Origin: Phycisphaerae bacterium
GTDB lineage: Bacteria; Planctomycetota; Phycisphaerae; Sedimentisphaerales; Anaerobacaceae
Assembly: GCA_012744475.1 (NCBI GenBank)
Contig: JAAYBV010000065.1
Location: 46,187-110,186 of the forward strand
Direction: 5' to 3'
DNA: 64,000 bases
Shown here in pieces: positions 16,640-26,165 of the stretch; position 1 is the stretch's first letter; every line of letters begins with the position of its first letter. The notes below the pieces were generated by a model. The model was not told the DNA's origin and made no database searches. It saw only the letters and a list, made by a program, of their open reading frames with translations. The translations under genes and the position numbers were made by a program.

Positions 16640-18034
16640 CTACCGGACCAGGGGGCGTCTGTGGGCGATGCGAGACAGGACCAGGATGAACGCGAGCCAG
16701 CAGAGGGCCGCCAACGTTGCGGCAGCGGGGGCATTGACCAGTGGTCTGAGGTCGTGGGACAATAGCTCGGCGGCCAGAACCACAGCGTACATCAGGGCTA
16801 TCAGCAGAATCATGGACAGGATCGGTCGGCGGTAGAACACCAGGTGGATCATCGCCGCGATGGGCAGCAGAACCCAGGGCCCGTAGAAGACCCGGGCGCT
16901 GATGACGCGATAGGTGAGCCGCTGGCCGTAGATGTGAAGCTCGGGCAGCAAATGCGACAGCGGGACTGACAGCACCGCCACGAGGGCCATGAACACCGTC
17001 ACCAGAATCGCGCCGGTCGCCGCGACCGCCAGCGTCGCAGTGAACCGCTCGCGCCGGCCGCCGGCGGTAAGCATGCTGGAATACAGGGCGCCGTGGGACA
17101 GACCCATCGCCCCGGCCACAATCGGCAGCGCGGCGAACAGAATCACCATCAGATGCCCGCTGAGGTAGCCGAGGAAGACCGTCATCACGACCACCAGGAA
17201 CAAGGCATTCCTCCATTGCGAGAGCACCAGGGCAAATGAACTGTAGACCGCCCCCCACATGCAGCGCGCCACGCTCAAGGGACGGCACTTCACTATACAG
17301 CCGAGGAACAGCTTCTCCACCCACGGACGCGGGTGGTCTTTGAGCCGCGTCCAGGGCGCGGCGCTGCGATAATGAGGCGAACGCCGTAGCTTGTCGCGGT
17401 CGAACACCTCGGCAAAACCGATCCACGGACACAGGCAGTTGCGCCGGGCCAGGTCCGCTCGCGTCAGATACAGCCACATCGCCAGAGCCGCCAGGACTCC
17501 GGCCGCCATGACCGCCACCGGGTGTGCGACCACGATCCGTTCGAGGCGGACGTGCAGGCCAAGCCGCTGGCCGAAGAAAAAAATGACGACCAGGAAACCT
17601 ATCAGTGCCATCGGCTGCCGGGCGAAGAACCCCCACCACGCTCCGGCCAAGTAGAGCACCAGACCGGCCGCAAACGCCGAACCCAACACCAGCAATCGCC
17701 ACACCAGCGGCAGGCCCGGATAGAACAGAAACAGCATCGCCCCGAGGGCGTTTGTCGCGATCCCAATCGTCACGATGAACCGCGCGACGGTCCGCCTGTG
17801 TTGCGGCAGACAGAACGCCATCGGCTTGGTCAGAATCTCCGTCTGGAGCACCGCCGCCATCATGCCGACCATGAACGCCAGCAGAATCAGGCCGATGAAC
17901 GTGCCCTTCCCGGCCCTCGGATCGTCCAACGCCACCTTCAGACTGGCACAGACGTAGAACGCGAACATCAAATACGCCAGCCAAAGCCCCCGCCGCTGGT
18001 ACAACTGCCGCAGATTCATCGTCAGAATACTCAT
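16640..18034 (-). CDS. ABC transporter permease-like membrane protein (Ytr-type operon)
   Basis: AGGAGG RBS; many TM segments; paralog of the upstream permease (LLTAGGRRERF vs LLLPGGRRERF). Confidence 0.75.
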   Translation of the reverse strand: MSILTMNLRQLYQRRGLWLAYLMFAFYVCASLKVALDDPRAGKGTFIGLILLAFMVGMMAAVLQTEILTKPMAFCLPQHRRTVARFIVTIGIATNALGAMLFLFYPGLPLVWRLLVLGSAFAAGLVLYLAGAWWGFFARQPMALIGFLVVIFFFGQRLGLHVRLERIVVAHPVAVMAAGVLAALAMWLYLTRADLARRNCLCPWIGFAEVFDRDKLRRSPHYRSAAPWTRLKDHPRPWVEKLFLGCIVKCRPLSVARCMWGAVYSSFALVLSQWRNALFLVVVMTVFLGYLSGHLMVILFAALPIVAGAMGLSHGALYSSMLTAGGRRERFTATLAVAATGAILVTVFMALVAVLSVPLSHLLPELHIYGQRLTYRVISARVFYGPWVLLPIAAMIHLVFYRRPILSMILLIALMYAVVLAAELLSHDLRPLVNAPAAATLAALCWLAFILVLSRIAHRRPLVR

Positions 18035-19449
18035 GGCTGTCCTCCTGCGTGCGTCTTCTGCTCTATCAGGCAGCCTCGCTTGCAGACGTTTCTCAAGCCC
18101 AGCAGGAAGACCGCCCAGCCGCACAGGGCGATGGCCGCGAAGAGCAGCAGACGCGCTTGAGCGGGCCACTCGTATAGGCCGAGAAGCATGCGGAAGGTCA
18201 TCAACCCGAGGAATCCAGACTCGGCAACCAAAGCTCTGTTTTCAGTTCGGAGCCATCCGTAACGGCGCAGTTGCAGGGCGCCCATCCACGGGACGAGCAC
18301 GCAGGCCAGCCAGACGTTGCGCAGCCGAAGACCAAGACCGCCGGCGTCGGCACCAAACACTACGACAATGATCTCCGACAGACCCACCATGCCGATGGCC
18401 AGTGCGATGAGAAGCAGAGACGTGGCGAGGACGGTGATCAGTGTCGCACTGAACCGCTCGCGCCGACCGCCGGGCAGCAGCAGATTGGAGATGGCAGGCA
18501 AACCCACCTGCGCCGCCAGAAGCCCTGTGGAAAGGAACGCGATCTCGACTCCCATTTGAAAGGGTGCCGCCAGCACCGCTGACAACACAAGAACCACCAC
18601 CAGGGTCCATTTCCAACAGCATAAGAACGCACCGAACGTCCGATAGAGGCTGGCCCAGGTGTACCGGCCGATCCCAAGAAACGGATGCCGCTCGGCCCTT
18701 GCCAGAAGCAGCTCGTCGGTCCATGACGGCACCGTCGTCTTGACATCGGTCTGGGAGCGCTTGTCCATAGCGTCCTGGATGATCGAACGGTGTCCGCGCG
18801 CGACGTACTGCATGTTACCCAGCCGCAGCCAGAAGAAGACGAAGACCACCATGGCGATCACGCCGGCAATCACTCTGGACGCCGTCACGTGCGTATCGAT
18901 ACTGAGCCACATGGCCACCGCCACGATGCCCAGTGGGAAGGAAGCCAGCGCCAGAAACCCCCATTGCAGCTTCGAGAGAACCAGACGAGAAGCACGCACG
19001 CCCACACACGTTGCCACCCCTACGACAAATGCGCTGCCGAATCGCAGGCAGATGTCGAGAAGTTCGGGACTCGCCCCTCGCCTGAAGTACGCCGCATTCC
19101 AGAGCAGCGGCGCTTCGAGGAGAGCCGCAAACACGCCCCAAGGCAGCGCTCCCAGGAGAATCAGCCCGCGAAGAGATTGCCCGTACCGCGGCAAGCAGAA
19201 CGATAGAGGCTTGGCTGTCATTACCCGCTCAAGGAAGACAGCATGAAGCGTGCCTGAACCCACGAATGAAAACAGGAGAAAATCGAACCAAGGGAAGTCA
19301 TGGAGACTTGTCACCTCCGTGTCAAGATCGACCGGATTCGATGCATCCCTCATGGCCATACTTAGAGCAAAGGAAATGGTGACGGCCGCTGGCCCGATGA
19401 ACCGATACCGCCAAACCGCCACCTTCCAATTGGTCCAGATGATGTTCAT
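18031..19449 (-). CDS. ABC transporter permease-like membrane protein (Ytr-type operon)
   Basis: GGGAG RBS, start MNIIW; multi-TM; ATGA overlap with the next gene. Confidence 0.75.
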   Translation of the reverse strand: MNIIWTNWKVAVWRYRFIGPAAVTISFALSMAMRDASNPVDLDTEVTSLHDFPWFDFLLFSFVGSGTLHAVFLERVMTAKPLSFCLPRYGQSLRGLILLGALPWGVFAALLEAPLLWNAAYFRRGASPELLDICLRFGSAFVVGVATCVGVRASRLVLSKLQWGFLALASFPLGIVAVAMWLSIDTHVTASRVIAGVIAMVVFVFFWLRLGNMQYVARGHRSIIQDAMDKRSQTDVKTTVPSWTDELLLARAERHPFLGIGRYTWASLYRTFGAFLCCWKWTLVVVLVLSAVLAAPFQMGVEIAFLSTGLLAAQVGLPAISNLLLPGGRRERFSATLITVLATSLLLIALAIGMVGLSEIIVVVFGADAGGLGLRLRNVWLACVLVPWMGALQLRRYGWLRTENRALVAESGFLGLMTFRMLLGLYEWPAQARLLLFAAIALCGWAVFLLGLRNVCKRGCLIEQKTHAGGQP

Positions 19450-19466
19450 AGTCTCCCTCTGCGATG

Positions 19467-20354
19467 TCAGGCGACGACGAGGCGGTAGATGTCTTCGAGG
19501 GGCAGGGGCTGGACGTCGGCCTGGCAGTGGATGCGGGCGGCGGCCGCTTCGATCAGGTCCGGCGACAGGTCGCGTACGATCAGGGTCGCTTCGGACTGAT
19601 TGCGGCGGCATTCGAGGATGTTGGCGAAGTCCAGCGGCTCGGGCAAGGGACCCGCCAGCGAGGTCAGACGCACGCGGCTGTACTTTTCGCGCAGCTCGTC
19701 GAAGCTCGCATCGGCGACGATCCGGCCGGCCTTCATGATGACGGCGTGGTCGATCACCTTCTCGACGTCGCTGAGGATGTGCGAGGAGATCACGATCGTG
19801 CGCTTCTGGTCCTGGATCAGTTGCAGCAGCAGGTCGAGGAACTGCGCGCGGGCCAGCGGGTCGAGCGCCGCGGCCGGCTCATCGAGGATCAGCAACTCCG
19901 GCTCGAAGCAGATCGCGATCAGGATCGCCAGGCGCTGCCTCTGGCCGGGCGAGAGCGAGCCGACGCGGGCCTTGAGCGAAATCTCGTACTCGCCGACGAG
20001 CCGCTGCTCCAGCTCCTTGTTCCAGTTCGGGTAATAGACGCTGACGTAGCGGATCAGTTGGGCAGCGGTCATCCAGTCGATCAGCTCGCCTTCCTGGTGG
20101 ACGTAGCCGATGCGTGCCAGTTCCGCCGGACCGAGCCGGCTCGCGTCGCAGCCCAGGGTGGTGCACCAGCCGCCGTCGGGCAGGTACAGCCCGATGATGT
20201 GGCGCAGCAGCGTGCTCTTGCCCGCCCCGTTGGCGCCGAGCAGGCCGATGATCCGACCGCACTCGATGTCGAGGTCGACGCCGTCGAGGGCCTGGGTGCG
20301 GCCGAACCGCTTGCTCAGGCCGCGAATCTTCACCATGATCGTCTCGTCACTCAT
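19467..20354 (-). CDS. ABC transporter ATP-binding protein (YtrB-like)
   Basis: Walker A GANGAGKS, LSPGQRQ, LILDEP, SSH. Confidence 0.92.
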   Translation of the reverse strand: MSDETIMVKIRGLSKRFGRTQALDGVDLDIECGRIIGLLGANGAGKSTLLRHIIGLYLPDGGWCTTLGCDASRLGPAELARIGYVHQEGELIDWMTAAQLIRYVSVYYPNWNKELEQRLVGEYEISLKARVGSLSPGQRQRLAILIAICFEPELLILDEPAAALDPLARAQFLDLLLQLIQDQKRTIVISSHILSDVEKVIDHAVIMKAGRIVADASFDELREKYSRVRLTSLAGPLPEPLDFANILECRRNQSEATLIVRDLSPDLIEAAAARIHCQADVQPLPLEDIYRLVVA

Positions 20355-20751
20355 GCTCTTGCCTCCGCATCGTGGAACCGTATCGTTCGAAGAGCCGTTC
20401 GATCGACTCGTGAACTTCGCTCTCGGGGATGTCCAACTGCACCGCCGTGGCGACCGCCCTGGCGAGGACCTGTTCGAGCATCTCGCCCTTGGAGCGGGAT
20501 TTCTGATCCCGGCGGATGCGGGCGACGAACAGGCCCACGCCGCGACGACGCTCCAGCAGGCCCTCGATCTCCAGCAGGCTGTACGCTTTGCTGATCGTCA
20601 TGGGATTGACGTTGAGCTGGCCTGCCAGCTCGCGGACACTGGCGAGCTGCTCGCCTTCGCCCAGGTGCCCGGCAAGAATCTGCCGGCGGATCTGCTCCAT
20701 CACCTGCCGGTAGATGGGCTGGCCGCTATGATGGTCGATCTGCAACAGCAT
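20347..20751 (-). CDS. GntR family transcriptional regulator, YtrA subfamily
   Basis: PIYRQV...LASVRELAGQLNVNPMTISKAY...RRGVGLFV; short C-terminus; precedes ABC ATPase. Confidence 0.92.
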   Translation of the reverse strand: MLLQIDHHSGQPIYRQVMEQIRRQILAGHLGEGEQLASVRELAGQLNVNPMTISKAYSLLEIEGLLERRRGVGLFVARIRRDQKSRSKGEMLEQVLARAVATAVQLDIPESEVHESIERLFERYGSTMRRQEHE

Positions 20752-20779
20752 ACCGCCTCAACGCTCCTGTGTTCCGCAC

Positions 20780-20803
20780 ACTGTATTACTGCACTAATAC
20801 AGT
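20780..20803. promoter_or_regulatory. YtrA-type operator palindrome
   Basis: ACTGTATTA-ctgcac-TAATACAGT directly upstream of the GntR gene. Confidence 0.75.
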
Positions 20804-20985
20804 ATACGACGTTGCATGAGCCTTGTCATTACAGAAAATCTCCATTTTTCTGAAAAATCGTCTTGGGACGTGCTGCCGGGCGTTTGCTTGACAGGGCCGA
20901 CGGGCAGCCGGACAATAGCCCGCGGTATGGGGCGAATCATCATTCGCCCCTGCGGACACGTTCCAAACAGCGAAAGGATCGAATC

Positions 20986-23304
20986 ATGCGGCGAAGGGGC
21001 ATTTCTCTGGCAGTTGTTCTCATGGCGTCGGTGACTGTGGCCGGTGCGGCCTCGCAGGATTATCTCAACGAACAATATGGCGAGCTGCTGCCCGGCTCGA
21101 CGCTGGTAGGGGCGAATGATGATTCGCCCGTACTGTGGTGGGCGTCGTCGGGTTGGAAGATCGGCCGCGATCGGGCTTTGCCCGCCGCGACCGGCGAAGC
21201 GATCCTCATTGCCGCCGCGAAGAATGAGGCCGAGGCGGCACAGCTCGTCGTGCGACCGAGCAGAACCCTGAAGGGTCTGCGGATCGCCGTCGGACCGCTG
21301 GCCGGGCCGAACGGGGCCTCGATCGCGGCCGGGAGTATCGAGGTGCTCGAAGTCCGCTACGTCAACGTCACGATACCGACGGACAAGACCGCCGTCGCGG
21401 GATACTGGCCCGACCCGCTGCCGCCGCTGACCGGCCCGATCGATCTGGAGGCCGGCAAGAATCAACCCTTCTGGGTGCGCGTGAAGGTCCCGGCCGACGC
21501 CCGCGCCGGACTCTATTCAGGCGCGCTGAACCTGACGGCCGACGGCTACACAGCCCGCGTCCGGCTGCGCGTCGAGGTGTACGACTTCACCCTGCCCGAG
21601 AAGATGACCTGCTCGACCGCCTTCGGCTTCAGTCCGGGCGAAGTCTTTCGCTACCACAAGTTGACCACGGAGGCCCAGAGGCGCGAGGTGCTCGACAAGT
21701 ATTGGGCCACCTTCAGCGACCACCATATCTCGCCATACGACCCGGCGCCGCTCGATCCGGTCCGCGTGACGTGGCCTGACATCCGGCCTCCCGAGCGCAA
21801 ATGGCAAGGCGGGCAGGAGGTGACGAACGAGAAGCACGGCGGCACGCGCTGCCTGCTGATCTTCGACGACCGCGCCGACCTGAACGTCGACGCCTCTTAC
21901 GGCCCGCTCGTGCCGATCCCCGCGGGCGGCCTGCGCTTTTCGTTCTGGTACCGCACCGCGGTCCCGAACCAGGTCTTCATGGTGACATTGAACCATCACG
22001 ACGCGGACGGCCAATGGATCTGGGGCGGCAACAACGACATCGGCGTCGACGGCAACGGGCAGTGGCAGCAGTTCGATCGCGTCATCACCAAGTTCCCGTC
22101 GGGCGCCAAGAGCGTCCGTCTGATCCTGCGGGCCGCGCCCTGGACCGACGAGGGCGACCGCACCGGCCTGGTGTGGTTCGACGACATCTCCCTTCGCGAC
22201 GCGACGACGGGCGCCGAACTGATCGAGGGCGGCGACTTCGAGCCGCCGGCGCTGCCCGAGGTGAGCGCCGACAAGTTGCGCGTGGCGTTCGATTTCTCTG
22301 CCTGGGACCGCGCGATGGAGAAGGCCATCGACCGCCTGCACTTCAGCTCGTTCCGGCTGGGCATCCCCGGTATGGGTGGCGGGACGTTCCACTCGCGGAG
22401 CGAGCCGGAACTGCTCGGCTTCGGTGAACAAACGTCCCACTACCAGGCCCTCTTCAAGGACTATTGCACGCAGATGGAGCGGCACCTTCGCGCCAAGGGC
22501 TGGCTCGACGAGGCGTTCGTCTACTGGTTCGACGAGCCCGACCCGAAGGACTACGCGTTCGTCATGAACGGCTTCGCCAAGCTCAAGGCCAATGCCCCGG
22601 ACATCCGCCGCATGCTGACCGAACAGGTCGAGCCGGCCTTGATCGGCGGACCCAACATCTGGTGCCCGGTCTCCGAGCAGTATGAGCACGAGTCCGCCGA
22701 GCAGCGGCGTGCGCAAGGCGAGCAGTTCTGGTGGTATGTCTGTACCGGCCCGAAGGCCCCCTACTGCACGCTGTTCATCGACCATCCCGGCACGGAGCTG
22801 CGCATCTGGCTCTGGCAGACCTGGCAACGCAAGATTGTGGGCACCCTCGTCTGGGAGACGAACTACTGGACCAGTTCGGCTGCCTATCCGAATGAGCCGC
22901 AGAACCCCTATGAGGACCCGATGGGCTGGACGAGCGGCTACAGCACGCCTGCGGGCGCCAAGCGGCCCTGGGGCAACGGCGATGGGCGATTCATCTACCC
23001 GCCAGTGGCGGCGGCCGACGCCAACCCCAGCGCCCCGGTCCTCGAAGGCCCGGTCGACAGCATCCGATGGGAGATGCTCCGCGACGGGATCGAGGACTAC
23101 GAGTACCTTGCGGTGCTGAGCCGCCTGATCGAGGCCAAACGCAGCCGGCTGTCGGCATCCCAGCGAGCGAGCTACGCCGCCCTGCTGGAGGTCCCGGCCG
23201 AGATCACGAAGAGCATGACTACCTTCACGACGGACCCGGCCCCGATCGAACAACATCGCACCCGCGTCGCCCGCGCCATTGCCGAACTGAGCAAGCTCCA
23301 GTAG
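20986..23304 (+). CDS. Secreted DUF4091/GH123-like glycoside hydrolase with inserted CBM-like domain
   Basis: Signal peptide; AAKNEAEAAQL N-domain; FDEP, WWYVC, GDGRFIYP, SIRWEMLRDGIEDYEY motifs. Confidence 0.75.
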   Translation: MRRRGISLAVVLMASVTVAGAASQDYLNEQYGELLPGSTLVGANDDSPVLWWASSGWKIGRDRALPAATGEAILIAAAKNEAEAAQLVVRPSRTLKGLRIAVGPLAGPNGASIAAGSIEVLEVRYVNVTIPTDKTAVAGYWPDPLPPLTGPIDLEAGKNQPFWVRVKVPADARAGLYSGALNLTADGYTARVRLRVEVYDFTLPEKMTCSTAFGFSPGEVFRYHKLTTEAQRREVLDKYWATFSDHHISPYDPAPLDPVRVTWPDIRPPERKWQGGQEVTNEKHGGTRCLLIFDDRADLNVDASYGPLVPIPAGGLRFSFWYRTAVPNQVFMVTLNHHDADGQWIWGGNNDIGVDGNGQWQQFDRVITKFPSGAKSVRLILRAAPWTDEGDRTGLVWFDDISLRDATTGAELIEGGDFEPPALPEVSADKLRVAFDFSAWDRAMEKAIDRLHFSSFRLGIPGMGGGTFHSRSEPELLGFGEQTSHYQALFKDYCTQMERHLRAKGWLDEAFVYWFDEPDPKDYAFVMNGFAKLKANAPDIRRMLTEQVEPALIGGPNIWCPVSEQYEHESAEQRRAQGEQFWWYVCTGPKAPYCTLFIDHPGTELRIWLWQTWQRKIVGTLVWETNYWTSSAAYPNEPQNPYEDPMGWTSGYSTPAGAKRPWGNGDGRFIYPPVAAADANPSAPVLEGPVDSIRWEMLRDGIEDYEYLAVLSRLIEAKRSRLSASQRASYAALLEVPAEITKSMTTFTTDPAPIEQHRTRVARAIAELSKLQ

Positions 23305-23317
23305 TCAGAGAAGAGCT

Positions 23318-24682
23318 TCATCGCGAGAGTCGTTCCCAGTCTTCGCGGCGGGTGCCCTGGTAGGTGGTCAGTGTGTACTCGAATCGCCTCTGCGAGCCGG
23401 CCGGCAGCAGGAGCGTGAACTCGACGGTATCGACGTCCACCTTCTCGTATTCATCCACGTCGCCGGTCCGAGCCAGCGTCCAGTATGTCGTGTCGAAGTT
23501 CCGGCGGATCTCCACCTTGACGGGAATCCTCCGCGTATTCTTGACCGTCACCGCGAACGTGCGCACCTCGTCCCAGCCGGCGACGTTGCCGTTGCGGTCG
23601 AACCGGTAGTTGTCCGTGCGGTACTCCATCGCCTTGGGCTCGACCACCACGTCCTCGACCGCGCCGAGATTCAGCTCGACCTCATCACCCACGGGAATGT
23701 ACTTGAACGACGATTGCCCCTCGTACGACAAGTGTTTGGCGTCGTCGACGCCGCGATAGACCTTCAGCGTGCCGTCGGGAATCGGCGTCTGGCCCAGTTT
23801 GTGCTCGGCGTCGTTCGCGAAACTCAGGAAGCGAACGGCCTTCGGTCCATACCTGTCTTCCTCATACTTGTAGAGGCTCACCACAGGAACCGCGTCGACG
23901 TCGAAACTCAGCAGCCTCTTCGACCAGCCGTTGGGAATCGTCTCGGTCCCTTCGATCGTGTAGAGGAAGTACTCGCTGAGCCCTTCCTTGATAACTTCCT
24001 TGGCGGAGGTTGGGGCCGAGTCCGCCATGACGGCGCCGAGGTAGCGTACCACGGATTTCTCCATCTCCTGTTTGAGACCCAGGTCCATCTCGAGCCTCTC
24101 CTCGACAACCGGCCCGGCCGGCCGGCCATAGGGATACTGCCGGCGGGCCAGTTCCGCGATCTCGTCGAGCAAATGGACCTTGCCCACGATCACACGGACT
24201 TGGGCGTTCTCGTAGTCCTCGCCGCTGTTGTTGGTCACGCGGACGTAGCCTTGGAGCCGCATCGTCTTCTCGTCGGCCGACAGCGTGCCCATGTAGAATG
24301 CCCGCCAGGACAGACCGCTGGTAAGGTACGAAATCTCGACGGGGACCTTGCCACTGACCTCGCTGGCGACGTTCCATAGGCCGAGGCCCGTCACGCGGGG
24401 CGGATACACCAGCTCCGCGATGTCGATGGCATCGGCGTTCGCCTTGGGCTGCATCTCCAGGCTGGTCGGATCGATCAGTGTGTCGGCCCACGAGAATTGC
24501 AGCGCGTTGGCACCTTCCTTGAGCGTCAGCGCCCGGCTCTCGCGGGCGAGCGTCAGGTCGGCCGAGTTGTAGATCGTCAACTGCACCGCATCCCGCGGAG
24601 GCAACGTCACCAGGTCCACCTCGGCCCACGCCACGGCCGTCATCAACAGAGCAGCGACCAACGTATATCGATGTCTCGTCAT
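23318..24682 (-). CDS. Secreted DUF4139-like protein (paralog A)
   Basis: Signal peptide; VQLTIYNSADL, YLTSGLSWRAFY, VTNNSGEDY motifs. Confidence 0.78.
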   Translation of the reverse strand: MTRHRYTLVAALLMTAVAWAEVDLVTLPPRDAVQLTIYNSADLTLARESRALTLKEGANALQFSWADTLIDPTSLEMQPKANADAIDIAELVYPPRVTGLGLWNVASEVSGKVPVEISYLTSGLSWRAFYMGTLSADEKTMRLQGYVRVTNNSGEDYENAQVRVIVGKVHLLDEIAELARRQYPYGRPAGPVVEERLEMDLGLKQEMEKSVVRYLGAVMADSAPTSAKEVIKEGLSEYFLYTIEGTETIPNGWSKRLLSFDVDAVPVVSLYKYEEDRYGPKAVRFLSFANDAEHKLGQTPIPDGTLKVYRGVDDAKHLSYEGQSSFKYIPVGDEVELNLGAVEDVVVEPKAMEYRTDNYRFDRNGNVAGWDEVRTFAVTVKNTRRIPVKVEIRRNFDTTYWTLARTGDVDEYEKVDVDTVEFTLLLPAGSQRRFEYTLTTYQGTRREDWERLSR

Positions 24683-24702
24683 CAGAGCCTGTTCTCCCAC
24701 TC

Positions 24703-24757
24703 GTAGGGTGTGCATCGCACACCGTCTCCGGTACATGGTGGGCATTGCCCACCCTAC
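24703..24757. repeat. REPIN-like doublet of GTAG-family REP sequences
   Basis: GTAG-GGTGTGCATCGCACACC ... GGTGGGCATTGCCCACC-CTAC in inverted orientation. Confidence 0.75.
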
Positions 24758-24771
24758 CCCGTTCAAGGATG

Positions 24772-26124
24772 TTATCGCGAGCGGCGCTGCCAGTCTTCGG
24801 TGCGGACGCCCTGGTACATGGTCGTGGTATACTCGAACGTCTTCTGCGAGCGTGCGGCCAGTTCGATGGTGAACTTGACCGTGTCGAGGTCCACTTTCTC
24901 ATAGCCGTCGCTCGATCCGCTGCGGGCGATGTCCCAGTACGGCGAATCGAAGTTCCGCCGGATCTCGACCTTCACCGGAACATCCCGCGTGTTGCGGACC
25001 TCGACCTTCCACGTCTCGATATCATCCCAGCCGGCGACGTTGCGGTTGCGGTCGAACCGATAGTTGTCGGTCTTGACCTCCATCCGCTTCGGCTCGACTA
25101 CGACGTCCGCGACCGCGCCGAGGTTCAGCTCGGCCTCATCGCCCACCGGGATGTACTTGAACGACGACTGGCCTTCGTACGACAGGTGTTTGGCGTCATC
25201 CACGCCTCGATAGACCTTCAGCGTGCCGTCGGGGATCGGCGTCTCGCCCAGTTTGTGCTCGGTGTCGTTCTTGAAGCTCAGGAAACGCATCACCTGGTCG
25301 CCGTATCGCTCGGCCTCGTACTTGTACAGGTTCACGACGGGCACGCCTCCGACATCGAAGCTCTGGAGCCTCTTGGAGAAGCCGTTGGGGATCGTCTCAG
25401 TGCCCTCGATCGTGTAAAGGAAGTACTCGCTGAGCCCTTCCTTGACGATCTCCTTGGGCGCGGCCATCTCGGCCATCGCCATGACTTCGCGCCCGCGCGC
25501 CGCTTTACGCAGCATCGCGGCAGCAGGGGCCGCCGGCAACTGGGGCATCGGTCCGACGACTCCCGGCCGGCCGTAGGGGTACTCGCGCCGGGCCAGCTCG
25601 GCGATCTCATCGAGCAGGTGGACCTTGCCTACGATCACGCGGACCTGGGCGTTTTCGTAGTCTTCGCCGCTGTTGTTGGTCACGCGGACGTAGCCTTGCA
25701 GCCGCATCGTCTTCTCGTCGGCCGACAGCGTGCCCATGTAGAACGCCCGCCAGGTCAGTCCGCTGGTCAGGTACGTGATCTCGACGGGGACCTTGCCGCT
25801 GACTTCGCTGGCGATGTTCCACAGACCCACGTTGCGCACGCGAGGTGGATAGACCAACTCGGCAATGTCGATGGCGTCGGCGTTTGCCTTGGGCAGCATC
25901 TCCAGGCTCGTCGGATCGATCAGTGTGTTCTCCCACGAGAATTGCAGCGCGTTGGCGCCTTCTTTGAGCGTCAGCGACCGGCTCTCGCGGGCGAGCGTCA
26001 TGTCGGCCGAGTTGTAGATCGTCAGTTGCACGGTGTCGCGCGTCGGCAGCGTGGTCAGGTCGACCTTGGCCTGCAAGGCGCCGTTGATCGCGAATATCAG
26101 CAAGAATGTCGTAACACGTTTCAT
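24772..26124 (-). CDS. Secreted DUF4139-like protein (paralog B)
   Basis: AAGGAG RBS; signal peptide; same motifs as paralog A. Confidence 0.8.
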   Translation of the reverse strand: MKRVTTFLLIFAINGALQAKVDLTTLPTRDTVQLTIYNSADMTLARESRSLTLKEGANALQFSWENTLIDPTSLEMLPKANADAIDIAELVYPPRVRNVGLWNIASEVSGKVPVEITYLTSGLTWRAFYMGTLSADEKTMRLQGYVRVTNNSGEDYENAQVRVIVGKVHLLDEIAELARREYPYGRPGVVGPMPQLPAAPAAAMLRKAARGREVMAMAEMAAPKEIVKEGLSEYFLYTIEGTETIPNGFSKRLQSFDVGGVPVVNLYKYEAERYGDQVMRFLSFKNDTEHKLGETPIPDGTLKVYRGVDDAKHLSYEGQSSFKYIPVGDEAELNLGAVADVVVEPKRMEVKTDNYRFDRNRNVAGWDDIETWKVEVRNTRDVPVKVEIRRNFDSPYWDIARSGSSDGYEKVDLDTVKFTIELAARSQKTFEYTTTMYQGVRTEDWQRRSR

Positions 26125-26165
26125 CAGAGTGCTCCTTTAGTTCTCCAAAGGACATGGCGGAATCG

